Of a stretch of 64,000 nucleotides of DNA, positions 57,617-64,000 are shown piece by piece. The stretch lies in NCBI GenBank assembly GCA_963718665.1, contig OY970359.1, positions 2,016,001 through 2,080,000 of the forward strand. The letters are read 5' to 3'. Numbering within the stretch: position 1 is the stretch's first letter; each line of letters begins with the position of its first letter. Source of the stretch: an uncultured Phycisphaerales bacterium. Its GTDB lineage: Bacteria > Planctomycetota > Phycisphaerae > Sedimentisphaerales > Anaerobacaceae. The translations under genes and the position numbers were made by a program. A model generated the notes under the pieces. It was given only the letters and a program-made list of their open reading frames with translations. It made no database searches and had not been told where the DNA came from.

Positions 57617-58410
57617 CTATTTTTTTTCAGTTTTCGGCTTAGATTCAGCTTTCGGCTGAGTTTCGGTCTTTGGCTGAGGTTTTGCCAAGTACAGTTTCAG
57701 CACATCATCCTGCGACAGGGCAACGTTATAAATCCTGAAATCGTCAATTTTGCCTGACCAGTCGGCTGTGGGATACACTCTGCCTCCAATCATAAAGTTA
57801 CTGATTTTCGGTATCGGTTCCATAGCACCGAATATTTCGGAGACCTTGTCGCCGTTGTGATAAAGGCGGAGCGAATACTCGTTGGCGTCCTTGACGAAGA
57901 CGTAGAGATTCCAGCTTCCGGCGAAATCGCTGTCGCTTGTGGCCTGCCAGTAAACATGTTCCGTGTCGTTACCAATATCAATTGTCTTATTCGGCGAGGG
58001 CACAAAAGCCCGGAGTTTGAGCCAGTTGGGGTCAGGGAATGATATTCCCTCTGTTGGCGCGATTCCCCAGGGGCCGGGCCATTTTTCGTCGGGGGGAGCG
58101 GAGGCGTCCTGGTTGACCCAGAAGGCGATGCTCATCTTGTCTTTTACGCGGCTCCATATAGCGTTTGGTATAACGACGGTTTGCTGGGCTGTGAATTTGG
58201 CACAGCCGTTGGAGTCGAATCCCTCGCCGGGGCACCATATTGAAGAGCCCCCGCCGAAATTCACTGTCGCGTTAAAACCATTACCGCTTGAATCCTTTGC
58301 CGTGTTACCGTCTTTTTCCTCGAACTTCCACCAACCGATGGGTTCAACGGCCTTTACGCAGGCCGGCACAATATTAAAAAAAGTGTTGTTAGTACGATAG
58401 CATTACGCAT
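57617..58410 (-). CDS. LamG/concanavalin-like exported protein; signal peptide (ATG 58410) out of frame with the main ORF
   Basis: GWWKFEE..DSSGNG, GKIDDFRIYNVALS; GGAAAGG RBS before ATG 58410. Confidence 0.75.
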
Positions 58411-58617
58411 ATCAACCTTTCCTTTCCCGGCTATGAGCCGATTGGCACATTATACTATTTTGCCGTTTAAAATCCAGCCCGAAGTGTTTTCATTGACTGC
58501 GAAAGGGTTTATATTTATCATAGTCAACCTTTGATATTTGAGACCTGCTTAGCAAGGCAGGGGCAGGTTATTTTTTGAGGTTTGGGTGTTTTGCATCGAG
58601 TTTCGAGTGTAAGGATT

Positions 58618-60714
58618 ATGAGCAATTATATAGTGTTAGTAAAACAGGTTCCGGACGTATCGCAAATTACGGATAACGCGTTCGACCCCAATACAGGGAC
58701 GCTGATACGGACGCGCCTCGCGAGCGTCATTAACGAGCTTGACACGCAGGCGATTGCGTTTGCAAACCGGATGAGGCAGCTTTCGGGCGAGAAGGGGGCA
58801 AAAATTGTCGCTTTGACGATGGGGCCGCCGATGGCTGAAGAGGTGCTGCGATATTCACTGAGCAGGTGTGCCGATACGGTGGTTCTGCTTACGGACCGGG
58901 CGCTGGGGGGGGCCGATACGGTTGCGACGGCCAATCCGCTTGCCTGCTCAATCAGGAAAATCGCCAAAGAGCTGTTTAACGGCAGCGATGATTACTTTAT
59001 TGTTTCGGGAATGCAGTCCGTGGATGGCGATACGGCGCAGGTTCCGCCGCAGATAGCGGAGGAGCTGGGAATTTCCTGTATCGCATACGCGACGGATTGC
59101 GCATTCAAAAACGGACGGTTTGAATTTACGCGAATTATAAGCGGCGGAAGCCAGACGGTTGCTCCGAAAAGACCGCCCGCGGTAATAACGGTTGCGAAAT
59201 ATGAGTATCCGCTTTTCGCGTCGTTTTCAGCGACGAGGCGTGCGAACAAGACGAAGGTAATGACGTGGGGCGCTTCGGAAATCAGCACGGCGACGCTGAT
59301 TGGGGCGAAGGGTTCCAAGACGTGGGTGATACGAGTATTTCCGCCCGGTAAGAGCAGCAGGAAGTGCAAGCATCTTTCAGAAGCGAGGCAATTAGCGGAA
59401 ATAATCGTGGAAAGTGTGAAGTCGTCGGCAGGTGCGGCTGAGGCGGATAAACAGGCGGCGAGATACGTTTTGCCAGCGAAGAGAAAAAGCGTGCTGGACA
59501 GGAGCTTCGAGGGGACAGCCAAGGAGAACGAGGACTATAAAATTCTCACCGAGAAATTGCGTGAGCTTGGGATAAGCGACGCGGCGGGCATTGATGAACA
59601 GACGAAGGAAAAAATTGTAGCGTCCGCGAGTGAGCATTTTCACAAGAACGCACTGGATGATATGCTGCTGGGTCTGCGTGCCGTTGAGCCGAGTTATAAG
59701 GGCGAGGTATGGGTTGTCGCGGAGCATCGCGACGGCGTGATTCACCCGGCGACTTTCGAGCTTATAGGCAAGGCGAGAGATTTGGCCGGCTCGGTAGAAA
59801 CGAAGGTGGGCGTGGTAATCGCGGGGTATAATTTGCAGTCAATGGCCGGGGAATTGATTGCGGGCGGGGCGGATAATGTTTACGTAATCGACGACCCGTT
59901 TTTGGCGGAGTTTGACCCGATTGCGCATCGCAAGGTAATAGCCGACGCGGTGAGCAAATACTGGCCTCAGATTGTTTTATACGCAGCGACGCCGCAGGGG
60001 AGGGTGCTTGCGCCGCTTGTTTCTTACAGGGTGGGCTGCGGATTGACCGCCGACTGCACGGGGCTCGATATTCGCGACAGCTCGCGCAAAGAGCAGATAG
60101 GGACACTGTTCCAGACGAGGCCTGCGCTTGGCGGCAACGTTATGGCGACGATTTGCACGAAAAACTCGAAGTCGCAAATGGCAACCGCCAGGCCCGGTGT
60201 TATGAAACGATTGCCTTTTGACACGACCAGAAAAGGCAACGTCATTATTCACAAAGGCAATGTTACAAAAGACGATATATCGCTGGAAATTATCAAAACG
60301 GAGATTGGGGCGGGCAAGGTCAATTTCGACGCGGATGTAATCGTAAGCGGCGGCAAGGGGATGAAGGACAGGGACAATTACGAGCGGATGCTGGATTCAC
60401 TTTGCGGCGCTATCCGGTCGCGATTAAATGTCCCCGTGGAAAAAGGGGCGTCGCGAGCGGCGGTGGAGCAGGGGTTCGCGGAAAGGATACACCAGGTGGG
60501 CCAGACGGGCACGGCGGTGGGGCCGAAGCTTTATATCGCGATGGGGATATCGGGCGCGATTCAGCATATGATAGGCGTAGCGAATACTGAGACAATCGTG
60601 GCGATTAACAGCGACCCCAACGCACCGATATTCAAACAATGTGATTATTATATCGTCGGCACGATTGAAGGTGTTGTGCCAGAGTTAGTCGCTGCTTTAG
60701 AGGAGCGTTCGTAG
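58618..60714 (+). CDS. Electron transfer flavoprotein beta-alpha fusion
   Basis: VKQVPD, GADTVAT, DGDTAQVPPQ (beta); GLTADCT, QTRPALGGN, QVGQTG, GISGAIQH (alpha). Confidence 0.9.
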   Translation: MSNYIVLVKQVPDVSQITDNAFDPNTGTLIRTRLASVINELDTQAIAFANRMRQLSGEKGAKIVALTMGPPMAEEVLRYSLSRCADTVVLLTDRALGGADTVATANPLACSIRKIAKELFNGSDDYFIVSGMQSVDGDTAQVPPQIAEELGISCIAYATDCAFKNGRFEFTRIISGGSQTVAPKRPPAVITVAKYEYPLFASFSATRRANKTKVMTWGASEISTATLIGAKGSKTWVIRVFPPGKSSRKCKHLSEARQLAEIIVESVKSSAGAAEADKQAARYVLPAKRKSVLDRSFEGTAKENEDYKILTEKLRELGISDAAGIDEQTKEKIVASASEHFHKNALDDMLLGLRAVEPSYKGEVWVVAEHRDGVIHPATFELIGKARDLAGSVETKVGVVIAGYNLQSMAGELIAGGADNVYVIDDPFLAEFDPIAHRKVIADAVSKYWPQIVLYAATPQGRVLAPLVSYRVGCGLTADCTGLDIRDSSRKEQIGTLFQTRPALGGNVMATICTKNSKSQMATARPGVMKRLPFDTTRKGNVIIHKGNVTKDDISLEIIKTEIGAGKVNFDADVIVSGGKGMKDRDNYERMLDSLCGAIRSRLNVPVEKGASRAAVEQGFAERIHQVGQTGTAVGPKLYIAMGISGAIQHMIGVANTETIVAINSDPNAPIFKQCDYYIVGTIEGVVPELVAALEERS

Positions 60715-62378
60715 TGGCAAACGACAGTGATTTTAGCAGGGTTGAAGTTCTGATTGTGGGCGGCGGGCCGGCGGGACTGAGCTGCGCGATTCAATTGAAG
60801 GTTCTCAGGCCTGGGACCGAGATTTGCGTTATCGAAAAAGGCGCGGAAATCGGCAATCATAACCTTTCGGGAGCGGTCCTGGAAAAAGAGCCGATTCATA
60901 CGCTGCTCGATGCCGCATCGCCCGGCTGGCGGGACAGCGAACAGGCAAAGGACGTGCTGGCAAATAAAATCGATAAAGATGACGTGCTGTTCCTGCTGGG
61001 CAGGAAATTCGGATTCAATATACATTTCGCGATTCGCTTAGCGAAAATATTCGGCATCGGCTTTGGGCAGTTGACGCACACGGGCGATTACACGATTTCA
61101 ATCAGTAAACTCACCAAATGGCTTGGGCAAATCGCGAAATCGCTCGGTATCGAGGTTCTTTGCGGTTTCGCGGCGGCGGACATAATCGTTGATGATAATG
61201 GGGCGGGGGCAGTCAAACTCGTTGACCAGGGACTAAATAAAGAAGGACACAAACAGCCCAATTACCTCGAAGGCGAAACAATCAAGGCGAAGTTCATCGT
61301 GCTGGCGGAGGGCTGCGACGGGCTTTTGACTGAGAAGTTCATCGAAAAGGCAGGGCTTAAAAGACGGGCGAATCAGCTTTACTCGGTCGCTGTAAAGGAA
61401 CTGATTAAGGTATCGCCTGAGCAATACGCTGAGTTTACCGCGGGCAGGGTGATTCACGCGATGGGTTACCCGATTTGGACGCCTGTAATCGGGCCGGGGA
61501 TGTTCGGCGGCGGCATTGTTTATCCTCTTATGGCGGAACACCTGGCGGTTGGGATGATTGTCGGGGCCGACTGGAAATACTGCAACTTCAATCCGCAGCA
61601 CGCGTTAACGCTTTTCAAGCAGCACGGCAGGGTAAAGAGATTCATCGAGGGCGGCACGGTTGTCGAAGCGGGTGCGAAGATGATTCCCGAGGGCGGCTGG
61701 AACGCGATTCCGCGAGACCCAATCAGTGGCGCTATCGGCAAAGGCAACGTGATTCTACTGGGCGATTCAGCAGGGTTTGTGAATATGCTCAAAATCAAGG
61801 GGCTTCACAACGCGATTGATTCGGGGATGATGGCGGCCAAAGCGATAATTGAGACGGTTGATAATCCACGTGCCTCGGCTGTTCGTTATACCGATTTGCT
61901 TTTGAAATCCAACGTCGCGAAGGAAATGAAACGTGCCGCCAAGTTCAGGCAAACCGTCGCCAAATTCGGGCCATTACAGGGTATGCCTTTGTCGGTGCTG
62001 GGGACATTGCTGCCCATGTTCAATATCGAGAAAGATTACGAGGCGATGACGGTTTTGCCTTATCGGCTCAAACCCGGTCAGCTTTTCGACAAAGATACCT
62101 TTACGGCTATGGCCGCGACACATCACCGCGAGGAACAGCCCTCTCATTTGACGATTCTCGACCGCAATATCTGCCAGGAAAAGTGCGTGCCTAAATTCAA
62201 TGCTCCCTGCACTACGTTTTGTCCCGCAGGCGTGTATGAATCCATCCAGGACGAGGTGAAGCCCGCCAATCCTTCAAACTGTCTGCACTGCAAGACCTGT
62301 CAGAGGAAATGTCCCTTCGACAATATCCGCTGGACGGTTCCCGAAGGCACAGGCGGCCCGCGTTACCAGCGGATGTGA
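60714..62378 (+). CDS. ETF:quinone oxidoreductase (FixC/FixX-like) with 4Fe-4S domain
   Basis: GGGPAG, EKG..HNLSGA, IPEGG, CPAGVY, NCLHCKTC..CP. Confidence 0.9.
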   Translation: MANDSDFSRVEVLIVGGGPAGLSCAIQLKVLRPGTEICVIEKGAEIGNHNLSGAVLEKEPIHTLLDAASPGWRDSEQAKDVLANKIDKDDVLFLLGRKFGFNIHFAIRLAKIFGIGFGQLTHTGDYTISISKLTKWLGQIAKSLGIEVLCGFAAADIIVDDNGAGAVKLVDQGLNKEGHKQPNYLEGETIKAKFIVLAEGCDGLLTEKFIEKAGLKRRANQLYSVAVKELIKVSPEQYAEFTAGRVIHAMGYPIWTPVIGPGMFGGGIVYPLMAEHLAVGMIVGADWKYCNFNPQHALTLFKQHGRVKRFIEGGTVVEAGAKMIPEGGWNAIPRDPISGAIGKGNVILLGDSAGFVNMLKIKGLHNAIDSGMMAAKAIIETVDNPRASAVRYTDLLLKSNVAKEMKRAAKFRQTVAKFGPLQGMPLSVLGTLLPMFNIEKDYEAMTVLPYRLKPGQLFDKDTFTAMAATHHREEQPSHLTILDRNICQEKCVPKFNAPCTTFCPAGVYESIQDEVKPANPSNCLHCKTCQRKCPFDNIRWTVPEGTGGPRYQRM

Positions 62379-62458
62379 GTTTATCTTTCTAATTGCGAAA
62401 TCAAACCTCAGAGGATTGTTCCTCTTCTCGGTATGTCAAATGTGATTTAATAAATCAT

Positions 62459-62491
62459 AAAAAAAGAGCTGTGAGTTTCGCTCACAGCTCT
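62459..62491 (-). terminator. Rho-independent terminator
   Basis: AGAGCTGTGAG/CTCACAGCTCT stem with a T run on the minus strand. Confidence 0.8.
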
Positions 62492-62519
62492 ATGTGTGCA
62501 TTAAAAAATGGGTTTATTT

Positions 62520-63167
62520 CTACTTTCTGCTTTTTCTCAGCATCAAACCGCCGAGGCCGAGCAACAGCATTGTAGCGGGCTCAGGCACTTCATAGAAGTA
62601 AGTGACAGTACCCGTTAGTTGTGCAGATGTAACCTGAGTTGTAGAGGTTTCTCCGCCTGTGTTGGTAAGCCATGTCTGAGTAAAAGTGCTGGCAGGCAAC
62701 ACAATCGTGCCAGGCCCGGTGAATTCCGCAAGCACCGCAGCGGCTGTGTACTGGTCAGAAGATGAACTGTTCTTGGTCAGGTTACCTGACATCACCGACT
62801 GCCCCGCACCGAGATTGCTGTAGGCGAAGGCGGGGCTGAAAAAGTCCATTTCCGGAACATTGAGATTTCCGCCCGAATCCTGAACTGTCATCTGAAGCTC
62901 CGTCTTGGCATCGCCAGAGGACGGCAAAGTTGAATCACCATTAGTAATGGTCAGAACCGTAGTCATCGAACCCGCGAGGTCAATTTGCACCATAGTAAGG
63001 TTACCTAATGCAGAATTGAATTGCTGGAATTGCAATGAGCTGGACCAATCAGTCAACGTTGAAGCAATTGGCGTTGTTGTCGTGAAAGGCCCTGATACCA
63101 GAGCGGCAAATGACATACTTGGCAGAACACATGATAGAAACAGACACAAAACAAATTTCTTTTTCAT
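62520..63167 (-). CDS. PEP-CTERM protein (choice-of-anchor E-like)
   Basis: Signal peptide; FNSALGNL; VPEPATMLLLGLGGLMLRKSRK. Confidence 0.9.
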   Translation of the reverse strand: MKKKFVLCLFLSCVLPSMSFAALVSGPFTTTTPIASTLTDWSSSLQFQQFNSALGNLTMVQIDLAGSMTTVLTITNGDSTLPSSGDAKTELQMTVQDSGGNLNVPEMDFFSPAFAYSNLGAGQSVMSGNLTKNSSSSDQYTAAAVLAEFTGPGTIVLPASTFTQTWLTNTGGETSTTQVTSAQLTGTVTYFYEVPEPATMLLLGLGGLMLRKSRK

Positions 63168-63419
63168 CACACTCTCCTTCCCAACCGTACATTAATGTTT
63201 TATGTAGCCCAAAGCTACACACGGTATCACTCCCTTTTATGATGCCGTTGCTCCTTTTGTGATACACTCCATTAAGCTTCAATCATACCATATTCTTTCC
63301 CGTAATGTCAAGCAAAAATTCATATATTTCGCAATGTTAAGCAAAAATTTAAAAATTTTGCAGATTTTTTCGGACTTATGCTTCAAAACCGCTTTTTTGG
63401 CCCAAAAACGCAGTAATAT

Positions 63420-63554
63420 TCACATAGACATGGGTTTCAACTGGGATTTTCTATTAAAAAGATGAGTGTACTTGGGGCATTTGCCTTTTTTTTCTGCGCC
63501 ATCGTCGCGGGCCAGAATCCGCTGCCCGCAATATATGCACTTGAACTTTATCAC
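63420..63554 (-). pseudogene. Truncated zinc-ribbon gene start
   Basis: GTG-IKFKCIYCGQRI..KKGKCPKY, stop after 44 codons; fourth Cys absent. Confidence 0.45.
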
Positions 63555-64000
63555 GATTTGACCTCGGGTGACTGTTCGTCGTTTTGGCCTGCAAGGCGGG
63601 GGAAAACGCTCTGCAATCCTTTGTCGAGGCTGGTCGTGTAAATGATACAAATAGATAAGGTTACGGCCCAGTGCAGCTTGAAAACGTTATTACAGAATAT
63701 AAAAATGACGAGAACAGCAATTAGGCCGATGACAACCTCTTTTATTGACGCATCGCGGTCACTGATACATTCTTCATCGATAATTTTGAACAGCATCACA
63801 ATGAGCAGGACGCCGTTGATAATATTCCATACGGGGAAAATGATCAGCCAGTCCCTGATGCTGCTACTGCTTAAAACGTACCATCCTGAGATGATGCCCG
63901 TGCCGGCGTTTGTCAGGACGGCGAAGATAAGCATAATCCATTTTTCGGTGTCGGTTTTTTCTCTTGTGGTGAAGACGTTGTATATGCTGAGGCCCATTCC
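63551..64000 (-). CDS. Hypothetical membrane protein (5' part probably outside the window)
   Basis: Hydrophobic ORF open to the window edge. Confidence 0.65.
   Translation of the reverse strand, partial: GMGLSIYNVFTTREKTDTEKWIMLIFAVLTNAGTGIISGWYVLSSSSIRDWLIIFPVWNIINGVLLIVMLFKIIDEECISDRDASIKEVVIGLIAVLVIFIFCNNVFKLHWAVTLSICIIYTTSLDKGLQSVFPRLAGQNDEQSPEVKS

Overview
Bacterial chromosomal window, probably Planctomycetota/Phycisphaerae (Sedimentisphaerales-like); this taxonomy is inferred only from PEP-CTERM, LamG, HNH-AP2 and DPN/EPN-rich exported proteins. The left third (878-23969, almost all minus strand) is a large nitrogen-assimilation cluster. In transcription order it holds a NifA-like sigma54 activator, an outer-membrane barrel, an APC permease fused to a C-terminal PII domain, a free PII, two amtB-glnK pairs, glnA, gltB, gltD and then carB-carA. 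Three sigma54 promoters share one architecture: a -24/-12 box, an IHF-like site, and paired ACA-N4-TGT boxes 30 bp apart. A recurrent CAGCCG/CGGCTG complementarity links 5' leaders, terminator loops and the activator 5' UTR, which suggests an RNA regulatory layer. The middle holds exported proteins, gmd-fcl, lemA-htpX, mgtA and transporters. A defence/mobile island at about 45.0-50.4 kb contains a frameshifted HNH-AP2, a MutH/Sau3AI-like nuclease, a DpnA-like methyltransferase, an unknown ORF, a Bro-N protein and MntA-HepT. GATC is strongly depleted in the core genes. The right part has an anti-sigma pair, Rrf2, MazG, a foreign SEC-C/TPR gene, a radical SAM gene with an in-frame repeat insertion, a fused ETF with ETF-QO, and a PEP-CTERM gene. 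Heptamer arrays and REP-like hairpins are dispersed throughout. No rRNA, tRNA or CRISPR array was seen. All calls were made by eye and no searches were run.
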